A stretch of DNA of 64,000 nt from Corallochytrium limacisporum Hawaii (Eukaryota; Protista; Pluriformea): assembly GCA_002811645.1 (NCBI GenBank), contig PDIP01000035.1, positions 62,001 through 126,000 of the forward strand, in the 5' to 3' direction. The notes below the pieces were generated by a model. It searched no databases and was not told where the DNA came from. It worked only from the letters and a program-made list of their open reading frames with translations. The translations under genes were made by a program, and so were the position numbers. Positions 34,724-45,759 of this stretch are shown in pieces (position 1 is the stretch's first letter; every line of letters starts with the position of its first letter).

Positions 34724-35280
34724 TCTGTTGCTGGTGTATACGTCAATATACCGCTGGAAATCATGACTGATGCTACATTATGCCCGATTCTCTCATCGGC
34801 TCGTTCAACTAATTCTCAATCAATGTGTTCTCTCCTTGAGCCCGACTAGATCACATAAACTTATATGTGAAGAGAACAAATCACACTGCCAATACACAAC
34901 GACCAACTATCGCAACTGTGTTCGCTCGAGTTTGTTTTGTTCCCATGTTCTCTATTTTGGAACCACCCTTTTTGTCTTCTTCAACCTTCCTTAATCCAAG
35001 TACATCGACAACTGGACCTCAGTGCACAGCGAATAGACGAAGTCCGCAATCGCTTGTACTACACATTCTCCGTTTACGTTGCGGTGCCCTGCTTGTGTGT
35101 AGGCTCCGCTTCGTTCCAGCCGTGACTTGAGATTTTCAATGCCAGAGTTAGTATTGATAGGTGAGGGCAGTAGAAGGAGAGTCAACGAATTCGACAAAGC
35201 TAGGAAACGGGGGGAACGGAGGGCATATGGTACGTAGGCTTTTTCTACTTCTTTAAATATTGATTCAGTGAGGAGAGGGC

Positions 35281-35856
35281 TTATGATCCCTGGTCTAGGC
35301 TGAGAGCCTCCTTAATGGCCTTCGAGGTTTCATCTTCGGATGTGTGTTCATTGGTGATGGTAATGTCAACTTTGTACCTGTCGAGGCCACATTCAGATGG
35401 CATATCATCCACTCCATTTGTGAAGGTCCAACCACGTCCAATTCGGACTTGTTCGCTCGCAAATACGCGCACAGACGTCATACGCCCACCGAAAGCGGTT
35501 TTGAGCCAATCCATGTCGCTTTGCCTGCGGGCATCCGAGACAATGACTGTGTCTATTCCTGGCTTGATGGCATCAGCAAGTGCAAGGCGGCAGAAGTAAC
35601 CGTGATCTTTGTCCCGCTTTTCTTCGCCCCAGACGATCATGTCCGCCCGGTATCTCTCCTTATATTCGCTGGTTCCTAACAGGCGCTCATAGTCTAGGTT
35701 ATGCTCAACTGCATATGCTTTTTTCAACGGGCCAGACAATCTGACAATGACACAAGAATTACCGAGAATGCCATTCAGGATGTCTGTCACGTAGTCTTTT
35801 CCACTCTTCCGTTTGCCACAGAAGACATATATCCGTTTGACCTCTGGATAGCTCAT
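35281..35856 (-). CDS. PMVK: Phosphomevalonate kinase, animal (NMP-kinase fold) type
   Basis: GKRKSGKD P-loop, LSGPLK, YKERYRADMIVWGEE, VSDARR and GVDDMPSECGLD. Confidence 0.95.
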   Translation of the reverse strand: MSYPEVKRIYVFCGKRKSGKDYVTDILNGILGNSCVIVRLSGPLKKAYAVEHNLDYERLLGTSEYKERYRADMIVWGEEKRDKDHGYFCRLALADAIKPGIDTVIVSDARRQSDMDWLKTAFGGRMTSVRVFASEQVRIGRGWTFTNGVDDMPSECGLDRYKVDITITNEHTSEDETSKAIKEALSLDQGS

Positions 35857-36095
35857 GTCTTCGCACTTGTGTCAGCTATTAAACTATTACTTTTTCAGTG
35901 CTGCCTATCTGTAGAAATGTGAAGTCTGTTATTAAACCTCACCTGAAGTACTTGTACCTGCCACTACCTTGGTCTCGTGGGACAACGCCGTCACAGCCCC
36001 AGCATTCGCCCAGTCCGAAGTGTCCGTGGGCAAGGGCCGGTCCCCCCCCCTCCAGCCAGCTGGAAAAAGCCAATCTCCCCCCAATTAATCAATAA

Positions 36096-36109
36096 TTTCG
36101 GCGCGAAAA
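36096..36109. promoter_or_regulatory. E2F-type site TTTCGGCGCGAAAA with nearby CCAAT boxes
   Basis: The reverse strand reads TTTCGCGC. CCAAT at about 36070, 36081 and 36155. Confidence 0.5.
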
Positions 36110-36316
36110 GTTTGAGACCTGGGCATGGCGGTCAATACGGGCTCAGGAATACAGCCAATCGGACGTTTGTCCTGCACCAGGGACTACTCGAAATTTGTGT
36201 ATTTCAGATGTGATGGATTGATTGATAAACACAGTGGTCTCAGCGCATTCTCATACTATGTGTAGTGTGAGAATCTACGAAGAGACTAATTCATACACTA
36301 TGGTTGTCACAGTAAT

Positions 36317-39300
36317 ATGCGGGAAGCACAAATGGAAGTCATAGACCTCCTGGATCATGTGTATCGAAGCGACTCATGCGTCCAAGTTTTATTCGCGAAT
36401 AAATGGTATAGAGATCAGACTTGCATAATTTTCATTTATGAATCCTCTATTCAAGTATACGAATATCCAAGCTTGGACTTGGTGGCTGAAGTGTTGCATG
36501 AGATTCGTACACCTTTAGCTGCTGTGCTGATTGATACAGCAACTGGCACGGTCACGGCACAAAGATCACGCCGTCTTGCACTGATTTCGGATGAGCACCT
36601 TATGATCTGGGAGCAAGTAGCGACGGGTACCCTACAATTGTATACTTACTACCAACTGGGCAGGACGATTGACTGGTGTTTCAGTATAAACACGGCGGCC
36701 ATTGTGTCCCGTCCAGAGAGCGAGAATTTGATCTTCTTGGTCTCCGACGGATCAGTCCAATTTGCTATTCTTCGTCTGTCCTTGAAAAGCAATAGTGTCT
36801 TTGAAATAATCCGTGGCCCTACCGATGAACAGGTTGGAGGCGGATGCCCAACTAGTCCTATGAAATGGGATCTAATGCTGACATCCTACACTCAAAATGT
36901 GGCTGTCCTCGGAGTAGTTAGCCTGGGTCCGTGCGTAGTTGAACTATTTCAAGTCGTTGTGGACTTAAATGTTGATGCAACAGTGATACCTGCATCTCCT
37001 GACCCACGCAGTCGTCCTCTTGGGATCCTGGAATCCGTGTCCTTCCACCAGGACTTGGCTCCTGCAGTCATCAACTTTGAAGACACAGTTCAGGTGTTTG
37101 TAGCTGGGGGGTCAACATTTTTGCTATGCAGGACACCAAAGCAAAGCCCTATGGCGACGTTCAAGAGGCGGAAAACTTCGGCACGATCTTGTGGCAGGTT
37201 TGGACACTTGCCTTACTCCCTTAGTGGGCCCAGCTTGACGGACCTGCGGCCCATCACTGGTTTCTTCCGACTCCTGGGGGAGGAAGTATGCATTATTGCG
37301 ACCGGTGTCACTGACTGCCTGGTTCTCGTCAAGTTCATTGTAAAATATGTTGGCCAGTCTTCCTTCCTACAGGAAGCGCATAGATGGCACGTACAAGATT
37401 CATTTCTTAGAACGTCGTTAGAAACTACCACTGCTGAACGTGGACAAGAACACCTGCGCGAAGCAGTGGTCGATGGGAAGGGTAATGTGATCTTGCTTAC
37501 CGGTGTCAACGAGGTGTCTGTTTTAGTATTACATGAGGGGATGACAGTTCTGGAAGATTCGCCAAAATTACTTCCATATGCACCTCATCCAGGACCCTTT
37601 GCTCTTGTGACATGTCACATTGACGAGGGATCCAAGAAGCCAAGATTAGGTTGTCCACAGAAGGCTGTCATAGCTGTGGAAGGACAAGACTGTGTTTTTC
37701 TTGCCAAATCTGCAGCGTTCACCGTGGAGATGGAATGGATTGATGCATCTTGCGCCGCAGTGAAAAGCATGTGGACATTTCCAACATCAAACTTTTCCGG
37801 TCTTCTTCTGTCGTTCCATGGAGGCACTAGAGTATTCAATATTGTGCCCGAAAATAATGCTGCGGGCAGCATTGCGGATGTTCTTCACTTCTCAAATGAT
37901 CAACTGGGCCTGGGGTTTAGTCGAAACGTTGAAACACTTTGGGCTGGAGCGCTCGCCACGGACATCATTTGTCAAGTGACTCAGCGAAGCATACAAATGG
38001 TACAGTTGGCACAAAATAGTATAGATGAAGAAGGCCTCAGCGCACAAAATTTCCTGCCGTATACACTTCAAGATGCAGAACGCATCTTTCTCGCCTCTGG
38101 TGATCATTCAGACATTCATCGAGAAGGGCTTGCCATCATTCTGGTTGCTTCATCGGGGACACCCAAGATGATCGCTGTCCGGCCCCCCTCTGTGGGTCAG
38201 CTTGTTCCGGTGGTCACTCCAATCCACATCCCGTTATCCATTGTGCATCGTCTCCCCAAAATTAGCTGCATGTCCATTGTGACTGGAAACAGTCACACTA
38301 CTGTTTATCTTGCATCGTACGATAGAGAGATCATGCGTCTCAAAATCAACCCCTCAACCGACACTGCCGAAAAATTTTGCATCTGGCGTGTACAAGGTGT
38401 ACCGAACAGCCTAAAACCGTTTATCCGCAAAGGTGCAGAGAAACAAGAAGACAATGTGATGATAGGATTCAGGGATGGGAGAGTGGACACCTTCAGATTC
38501 AGATGTGAGCAATACGAAGACCGTAACAATTTTGACATGATCTCTGAGCCATGCGGATGTCCGGTCGCACATAACACTCATGTGATCGGAAAGGGTCCGG
38601 TGACCCTTGTGAGAGCCCCCATGGGTCCAATTTTGGCAATTAGTGATGACACGTATCTGATCCCAGAGCCCGAATCAACCATCTGGATTCAAACTAGGAT
38701 ACAGACAATGCGTGTCTGCGCCGTTCTGTCTAGTGAACACAAGTTGTATCCTAATGGTTTCATATCCGTTGACGTGGACGGAAAATTGCGTTTGCGAAGG
38801 ATCCAAACTCATTCCCTATGGCAAAAGATACCGCTGTGGAACCTGACGAAATCCCAAACTCTTAGTGCGCATTTGCAAAGTTGTAGTACCGTCGCCAACG
38901 AATACTCATATGTCACATTAACGCTCCCAGATAGCATGAACTTAGGCCACCACAAAAGCCAACCGGGGGAATATAAGATCGGCCACGACGCAGACGAAAA
39001 TTGTCAGTACATTGAGCAAATCGGGTCCAGTACAGAGCATATCCATGAAGGCACTGGTATTGACTCAGAACAGTTCAAAGTCTCTGAACACGAGAGGCTG
39101 ATTGTAGATAAGAGTCAAATCTATTGTCACAGGAAAAAGATCGTGTCGCTTCCAATGGCGCAATTTCTGACCAGTCTTCAAAACGAGGTTGTACGTAGTT
39201 CAAGATTGTGGGCCTTACGAATACGATCCTTCTACAGAATTGCTTTGGAACCACCCGTCGATCGCCCATTGTTTGTCTCTGCCCTGCTCCACTTTGTCTG

Positions 39301-39472
39301 GGAGATGGATCACGTACATCAATACCTATTGATGCACAAGGCCCTGTCGGCAATGCCGAAGGAATGCAGACAGACAATCCAGCGGATCCCTTTCGCTGAG
39401 TTGGTCACTGAAGTCTATTTAACCCTTCAGCATAGTCCTGATTCAGCAACTGGTCAGGACCAAGCTCAATAA
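36317..39472 (+). CDS. Divergent DDB1/MMS1/RSE1-family beta-propeller protein
   Basis: 1051 aa ORF. LLLSFHGGTRVF..GFSRNVETLWAG..ICQVTQRSIQ, MIGFRDGRV and IGKGPVTL resemble the second propeller of the DDB1/SF3B3 family. Confidence 0.7.
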   Translation: MREAQMEVIDLLDHVYRSDSCVQVLFANKWYRDQTCIIFIYESSIQVYEYPSLDLVAEVLHEIRTPLAAVLIDTATGTVTAQRSRRLALISDEHLMIWEQVATGTLQLYTYYQLGRTIDWCFSINTAAIVSRPESENLIFLVSDGSVQFAILRLSLKSNSVFEIIRGPTDEQVGGGCPTSPMKWDLMLTSYTQNVAVLGVVSLGPCVVELFQVVVDLNVDATVIPASPDPRSRPLGILESVSFHQDLAPAVINFEDTVQVFVAGGSTFLLCRTPKQSPMATFKRRKTSARSCGRFGHLPYSLSGPSLTDLRPITGFFRLLGEEVCIIATGVTDCLVLVKFIVKYVGQSSFLQEAHRWHVQDSFLRTSLETTTAERGQEHLREAVVDGKGNVILLTGVNEVSVLVLHEGMTVLEDSPKLLPYAPHPGPFALVTCHIDEGSKKPRLGCPQKAVIAVEGQDCVFLAKSAAFTVEMEWIDASCAAVKSMWTFPTSNFSGLLLSFHGGTRVFNIVPENNAAGSIADVLHFSNDQLGLGFSRNVETLWAGALATDIICQVTQRSIQMVQLAQNSIDEEGLSAQNFLPYTLQDAERIFLASGDHSDIHREGLAIILVASSGTPKMIAVRPPSVGQLVPVVTPIHIPLSIVHRLPKISCMSIVTGNSHTTVYLASYDREIMRLKINPSTDTAEKFCIWRVQGVPNSLKPFIRKGAEKQEDNVMIGFRDGRVDTFRFRCEQYEDRNNFDMISEPCGCPVAHNTHVIGKGPVTLVRAPMGPILAISDDTYLIPEPESTIWIQTRIQTMRVCAVLSSEHKLYPNGFISVDVDGKLRLRRIQTHSLWQKIPLWNLTKSQTLSAHLQSCSTVANEYSYVTLTLPDSMNLGHHKSQPGEYKIGHDADENCQYIEQIGSSTEHIHEGTGIDSEQFKVSEHERLIVDKSQIYCHRKKIVSLPMAQFLTSLQNEVVRSSRLWALRIRSFYRIALEPPVDRPLFVSALLHFVWEMDHVHQYLLMHKALSAMPKECRQTIQRIPFAELVTEVYLTLQHSPDSATGQDQAQ

Positions 39473-39517
39473 TACACTTCGAGGAATGTTATAAAGTGGA
39501 CATGTTTGATGTAGGTC

Positions 39518-40615
39518 CTATGGGTTATCAGCCATGAATTTCTTCATGAAAGCAATCAAAGTATTGACCTGGTCCAGGCTGACCGCATTGTATATAGATG
39601 CACGAATACCACCTACAGACCGATGACCTTTGAGCTGCACCATACCTGCCACCTGAGCCTCCTTCAGGAACTTGGCCTCAAGATCAGCGTCGTTCTTGAC
39701 CCGGAAAGGAACATTCATCCACGAACGAGAAGCCTTCTCGACAGGGGCGACGTAGAATCCGTTGGAGTTGTCGATAAGCTCGTACAGAGCTTCTGCCTTC
39801 TTCTGGTTGATCTCACCAATCTTCTCCAGACCGCCATTCTTTTTCAGCCACTTGAACACGAGACCACTCACGTAGATAGCCCAGCAGGGGGGAGTGTTGA
39901 AAAGACTGCTGTTGTCGGCCTGGATCTTGTAATTCAACATGTCTGGAGTAATCGGCAGAGCCTTGCCCAGGAAGTCTTCCCGAATGATAATGATGGTGAC
40001 ACCAGAAGGCCCGATATTCTTCTGGGCACCTCCGTAGATGCAAGCAAATTTAGAGACGTCAATGGGACGGCTCAAGAAGGTAGAGCTTACGTCGGCAATG
40101 AGGGGGACGCCGTTGGTCTCTGGGATGTATGGGAATTCAACACCATAGACAGTTTCGTTCATGCAGTAGTAGACATATGCAGCCTCAGGGTCGAGCTTCC
40201 AGGTGGAAGGTTCAGGAATACGGTTGAATGCATCAAGTTTGGGTTGAATGACCTCGTTGACCTCACAGTACTTCTTGGCCTCTGCAACAGCCTTTTTGGA
40301 CCAGTTACCGGTGATGATGTAGTCTGCCTTCTTCTTTTCTCCCAGGAAGTTCATGGGAATGCTGGCAAAGTGAGTAGTTGCACCACCCTGCAAGAACAGA
40401 ACTTTATAGTTGTCTGGAATGTTGAGCAAGTCACGCAGATCTTGCTCGGCTTCGCTGTGGATTTGGGAGTACTCCTTACCGCGATGACTCATCTCCATCA
40501 CCGACATACCGCAGCCCTTATAGCTGACCAGATCCTCCTGGGCCTCCTTGAGAACCTCCAGAGGAAGCTGGGCAGGACCAGCGGAGAAATTGATCACACG
40601 ATTTTCTGCAGGCAT
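39518..40615 (-). CDS. PSAT1: Phosphoserine aminotransferase
   Basis: NFSAGPA, MEMSHR, GAQKNIGPSG (PLP lysine), NTPP and KGHRSVGGIRASIYNA. An in-frame upstream ATG at 40705 is a possible alternative start. Confidence 0.97.
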   Translation of the reverse strand: MPAENRVINFSAGPAQLPLEVLKEAQEDLVSYKGCGMSVMEMSHRGKEYSQIHSEAEQDLRDLLNIPDNYKVLFLQGGATTHFASIPMNFLGEKKKADYIITGNWSKKAVAEAKKYCEVNEVIQPKLDAFNRIPEPSTWKLDPEAAYVYYCMNETVYGVEFPYIPETNGVPLIADVSSTFLSRPIDVSKFACIYGGAQKNIGPSGVTIIIIREDFLGKALPITPDMLNYKIQADNSSLFNTPPCWAIYVSGLVFKWLKKNGGLEKIGEINQKKAEALYELIDNSNGFYVAPVEKASRSWMNVPFRVKNDADLEAKFLKEAQVAGMVQLKGHRSVGGIRASIYNAVSLDQVNTLIAFMKKFMADNP

Positions 40616-41459
40616 AATGAATTTGTTGAGCGTTGGTAAGCTTTCACACTTCGATTGCGGCTCTGCAATTGGCCTGGAAGAGATGATGCCCTTGAATAGC
40701 ACCATGCGGTTGGTGTATGATGATTGGGTCCTAGGTTTCAGATAAACCAAGCGTCCATCTACGCGTTACAGCATGATCGCAATCGCGGCATGTGTAGCAG
40801 CTCTAGAAACGAAGCAGCACTTACATAAACAATGGCATGTAGCACTGCTACCTCCCCGCAGTCCGTGTCCTCCCCCACAGACCCAGCAAGGGTTAACGAG
40901 TAAACGACTCCGCTTAGCCCCCAAAGGCGCACCAACTTCGCAAGTGTTTCAGAATGTCCGCTACTTTTCCGTTATGCTGCTAGGAACTCGTTTGGGCTCC
41001 ACTACCACTGATGTCGGCCAGTGCCCCCCGCATGCGCTGACCCATCGGCGCGTATCACACCTCATCCATTCCTTGCCTCTTCCATGGTCAGCACTTTGTG
41101 CTAGCTGCCGTAGGTCTCCACAGACACATTGCAGGGCAATTGGGATGATTGGCAAAACAATTTTGGAGCAAAATTAGGAGGGTTTGGTACATTCTCGAAT
41201 TGCTGGTATTGTATGTACCCCGTCTCTATAATGGGAACGTTCTGCATCCGAATTTTTGTTTCCAAATAAAGTCGCAAAAAAGGACTTTAGAGGGCAACGG
41301 TGCGTTGTGCCTTACCGGTTGACATGCCCGGAGATAGCCTGCGATTTTCAGACCTGTAACCGCTAGAGACGCGGAAATGGCTTTAAAAACTTGTACAATG
41401 CGATTGCAATGAGTGGTAACGCGTATTGAATGATTCCACGAGCCCAAGTGAACAACATG

Positions 41460-42010
41460 CCAAGACATTTCGGATGTGCAAGCCGGCCGAGCCCAATGTG
41501 CACCTACCCACCTGATCCAGCGGGTATGATTGGTTCGTTTTCAGCAAATATCTGCAGCTGTACATGAGGTTTCTTGTCTTGAACGCGTGCAGAGTATTGT
41601 GCTTCATTGACTATGACCAAACCCTTTGATACAGTCTTCGTGTGTGTACGGCTGGCACAGACAGCAAGCGCGCACCTTCCAGAGATTTCGATGCTCTGTG
41701 GAGAACACCTCACTCACGACTCCACGAGGTTTTTTCGGCACCGGATGGTACTGAAATTCAAGAATTATCCGTATATTAAATAATTCCCGTTGATCCTCAA
41801 TTTTCACACACAACTTTTGGTGGAACAGAAAAACACACACAAGCATTTTCTGGACAACTGGAATGGGGAGGGAATATTGGTAAATTCGACAGCCCAGAGA
41901 TGGAGGGGAGTTGCGTAGTGAATATACTGCTCGCCGCCTGTCGCTTGTACTCTGGTAGTGAAGATCATTGAAACAGTTGTCTGCAGTACACTCTCAACGC
42001 AGTAAGTGTG
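41460..42010 (+). pseudogene. Probable decayed Methyltransf_16 (METTL21/EFM-like) lysine methyltransferase
   Basis: Ordered fragments in different frames: FGCASRPS (cf. TGxxxWPS), ACRVLCFIDYD at ~41585-41617 (cf. A..V.LTDYD), LEWG at 41858 and NILLAACRLY at 41921 (cf. D.ILAADxxY). Confidence 0.38.
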
Positions 42011-42171
42011 CGGAACCATCGGACTATCCAGATTGAGCACAGACATACCCAATGTCCCATACTTACTACCACATCGGCTACTTCTGTGAACGTATTAAGT
42101 TGACCATGTCTGTAACACGACTGATCGGCAACGGTAAGTTCAATAGGAATAGCTAATCAACTACAGTCAAC

Positions 42172-42534
42172 ATGTCCGCAGCAGCTAAGCAGACCAGTGG
42201 TGCCACTAAGGGTGGCAAGAAGACCAAGAAGAATGTCGAGGGTATCAATTCTCGCCTGGCTCTGGTCATGAAGTCTGGTAAGGTTACTCTGGGCTGGAAA
42301 TCCACCCTGAAGGCCATCCGCAACGGAAAGGCTAAGCTGGTCATCATTGCCTCCAACACCCCTCCTCTTCGCAAGTCCGAGATCGAGTACTACGCTATGT
42401 TGGGTAAGATTGGTGTCCACCATTACTCCGGTACCAACATCGACCTGGGAACCGCCTGCGGTAAGTACTTCCGCGTGACTGCCCTGTCCATCACTGACCC
42501 TGGTGACTCTGACATCATCAAGGCCGAGGAGTAA
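42172..42534 (+). CDS. RPL30: 60S ribosomal protein eL30
   Basis: [13 protein letters not shown]...[11 protein letters not shown]...[19 protein letters not shown]. Confidence 0.98.
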   Translation: MSAAAKQTSGATKGGKKTKKNVEGINSRLALVMKSGKVTLGWKSTLKAIRNGKAKLVIIASNTPPLRKSEIEYYAMLGKIGVHHYSGTNIDLGTACGKYFRVTALSITDPGDSDIIKAEE

Positions 42535-43691
42535 TTGGTTCGAAACAAATTACACTTTGGGTATGAAAAACATTTCGCATTTCCATTTCGGGTGCATTCT
42601 GTTAAACATAACTTGACTACGGGATTGTTCGTCAAGTCGACATAATTACATACATTAGCACATTAACATCATGGTGACCAGCGACTCATTCGATATCGGT
42701 GAGTAGGTCCATATAACATCAAGAGAGGTTGACACATGATGACACTGCTCAGCCAGAATGTCCTGGATATCGGGGCTGACTTGCTGTTCCCTTGGAATGT
42801 CTTCTAGTCATCCACATATGCACCATACTTTCGCCCATCCAATCAGCCGCGTTAGTTTTATTGTTCAATACTCTGTTTTGTAACGACTTGACCTCAGTAT
42901 ACCATGTGATGCCAGTATGGTGTTGTACCATAATCACGGTGCCTGGTACACATCTACATGCTTGTGTATTGTTGACGCTCGTTGACGCTCGCAACCGATA
43001 GATAGGACTAGGTTGACCTCCAGTATTCTCATAGCGAGGCAAAAACGGAGTTGAAATGCATACATTCCAACACATCCGTGGACTTTTCTCTGCCAAGGTG
43101 TTGGCAATGGATACTTTTCAGTTTCTGCTGGGAACATTCAGAATAAGGAAAAACCACCGGAATGGGAGAGGGTTAGTCACCTCACACCTTGGACTGAAGT
43201 GAATGTATAGCACGGATAAATGGGCGGAGGGTGGAGACGGGTGAAGAAATTCATCTTCCTGTGACCCGCTAACCCTCCACTGCAACTCCCACCATGTTGA
43301 GTTCTCTGGACCCAGGCGGCTTTCCTCCCCGTGGCCCCCCTATCTTCCATCCATTCCGGGCCCCTCCCCCCCCTCAACTTCCCTTAGTCTTCTAACTACG
43401 GGGCTGTCCACACTGCCTAGATGTGTGAGAGTGTTGGGAGAGGACGGGGGGATTATGCCCCAGCCCCTCATGACCTCTGGAGGGAATATTGGAGCTTTTT
43501 ATGGTCAGTCTCATGATGACACCTCTATTCATTCAGGTTCTTCAAGCATGGCACTGAATTAAATACTTATGAATAGATCTGTTGATATGGATTAATATAG
43601 TACCACGAGATTTGAGTTCAAATGGAGACAAAAACGATGGTCTCATAATATGTTGTATTCGTACTATTGAGCTTACTTCCTATCCAGCAAA

Positions 43692-45686
43692 ATGGGAGAT
43701 CGTAGGAACAGTGGCGAGTCTCGTCAACGGCCGATTCGTCGTACCCGTTCTGTTGAGTTTCAGAGCCCCTCTTGGCACGCTGAAGAATATGGAAGTGGAG
43801 GCTTCTCGGATATTGGTCTTCCACCGCCAGCACCCACGTCCTATATGCTGCCACCACCAGCAAATGACTCTAACGACGATGTTGAGATACAACACAACGT
43901 AGCCGCCCGTGGAGTCGACCACGCTGAGCGCGATTTTCTGGGAGCTGTTGGACGACAGTCTCGAGATCCATCAGATATACAGCACATTGAACTTGCAAGT
44001 GGGGCAGGTGCGAATTTTTTCAGTGATATGAGAGCAACACACGTCTCTTTCGCGGACATTGCTGACAATGCGCATAGAGGTCCTCGTAGTGACTATCGGG
44101 ATGACTTGGAAGTACTTTCTGACGTGTTTACGGCCAATAGTATTGCAACTGCAAGAGATTCGAATTTTGGTGGGTCTCAATCACAGGCCGTAACTGATTT
44201 TTATGACCCGGAAAGCGTAGAGGAGGATGTATTCAGCACCACTCCTAGATCTCGTCCGGGGGACTCGTTTATGGACATGCGAACCCATTATGAACCAGAG
44301 GAATCCAGGTACGCTGGGGATTTGGCCATTCGCCAAACTCATGACCGACATGGGGACCGGCCTGGTGCGGATCTGGAGCTCGCATACAAGAGCAGGCAGC
44401 AGGCAGCTCCTCTGAGAAAGAAGCGTAGGAATTATCAGCAACCAGGTGGCGACTCATGGACCCGCACTCGCAGAACGTCAGGGCCGGATTCCAAGATTGC
44501 AACTTCAATGGCCAAGTTCATGCGGCTTCACGAAGGATCTGAAGCGAGCCTTGGCCGCAAGGAAGGTGGTGGTCTCAAGGGTTCGAAGTACAGTCTCTGG
44601 GACGCAGAGAGGCAGATTCTTAGTCAAACATTCCAGGGTATTGGCAACATTGATATTGATGGGTTCAAGACGCTTGCAGAGGGGTCCGGCGTCTTCTGGT
44701 ATGACCTAGAGTGTCCCAATGAACTTGACATGATTTTGTGTCAAGAAGTATTCGGTCTACATCCTCTTACGGCCGAAGATGTTATGGACCCTGACACCCG
44801 TGAAAAGCTAGAGTTCTTTGATCTGTACTGCTACATTTGCCTCGAAGGCGTCATCGAGGAGGACGAATCGATCAGTGCCGAAACTACCAATCTTCATATT
44901 ATTGTCTTTGAAGGCTGCATCCTTACCTTCCATGAGCTTCCCATGGCTTGCATTCAATCTACCAGGACTCGACTGGAAGCAAACAAAGTCAAGCGAATGA
45001 CAAGTGATTGGATCATGTATACTTTGGTTGATGAACTTATTGAGGATATCATTCCTAGGGTCACAAGAGCGACGGCAGAGGCAGATGCGATTACGGACAT
45101 GGTGTCTATACTTTCAGAGACAGAACAGGCAGACATTTTGCGTCGTATTGGTATGGCTCGCAAGCAGACCGCCCACTTGATGCGCGATCTTGTGCCAAAG
45201 CGGAACGTCCTCTTGCACATCAAGAACTCTTTTGACATATACAATTTCTCGGAGATTACGAAGACATATCTTCGAGATGTGCTTGACGATGTTTTGGCAA
45301 TGTCACAAAGGCTGGAATATGCGCGTGACGCCGTGGCAAGCGCACAAGCTAACTATCTCACAAAGGTGTCCATCCACATCGCACATAGCCAGTACCAGGC
45401 TGATCATTTGTTCAAGAATTTGACCGTGATATCTACCTTGGTGTTGCCTATGCAGCTGCTAGCTGGTCTGTTCGGTATGAATGTCACCGTGCCATTCCAA
45501 ACTGACAAGATAGATAGCCTTGGACCTTTCTTCGGCATCATCGGGCTCATGGCCTTCAGTATGGCTGCCCTTTTGTACTACTTCTTCCGTCGTGAGATGA
45601 TTGAGATGGGTACTCTCGTCGAGGGCGCAAGATCTCTGGTCAGCATCAGAAGCACAAGCAAGCCGTCTCTTCAAAATGGTCATTAG
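43692..45686 (+). CDS. CorA-family Mg2+ transporter (ALR1/MNR2-like)
   Basis: FWYDL, FGLHPLTAED..REKLE.F, two C-terminal TM helices with GLFGMNV, and a long disordered N-terminus. Confidence 0.92.
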   Translation: MGDRRNSGESRQRPIRRTRSVEFQSPSWHAEEYGSGGFSDIGLPPPAPTSYMLPPPANDSNDDVEIQHNVAARGVDHAERDFLGAVGRQSRDPSDIQHIELASGAGANFFSDMRATHVSFADIADNAHRGPRSDYRDDLEVLSDVFTANSIATARDSNFGGSQSQAVTDFYDPESVEEDVFSTTPRSRPGDSFMDMRTHYEPEESRYAGDLAIRQTHDRHGDRPGADLELAYKSRQQAAPLRKKRRNYQQPGGDSWTRTRRTSGPDSKIATSMAKFMRLHEGSEASLGRKEGGGLKGSKYSLWDAERQILSQTFQGIGNIDIDGFKTLAEGSGVFWYDLECPNELDMILCQEVFGLHPLTAEDVMDPDTREKLEFFDLYCYICLEGVIEEDESISAETTNLHIIVFEGCILTFHELPMACIQSTRTRLEANKVKRMTSDWIMYTLVDELIEDIIPRVTRATAEADAITDMVSILSETEQADILRRIGMARKQTAHLMRDLVPKRNVLLHIKNSFDIYNFSEITKTYLRDVLDDVLAMSQRLEYARDAVASAQANYLTKVSIHIAHSQYQADHLFKNLTVISTLVLPMQLLAGLFGMNVTVPFQTDKIDSLGPFFGIIGLMAFSMAALLYYFFRREMIEMGTLVEGARSLVSIRSTSKPSLQNGH

Positions 45687-45759
45687 TAGAGATTTGGAAT
45701 AGACGACCAGAATATGTAACATAGTCCCTAGTTTGATTTATATGTGACCTTAGTGGACA

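Noticed and set aside
39623-40639. 338-aa plus-strand ORF
   Set aside because: It is the antisense shadow of the strongly codon-biased PSAT1 and has no recognisable motifs.
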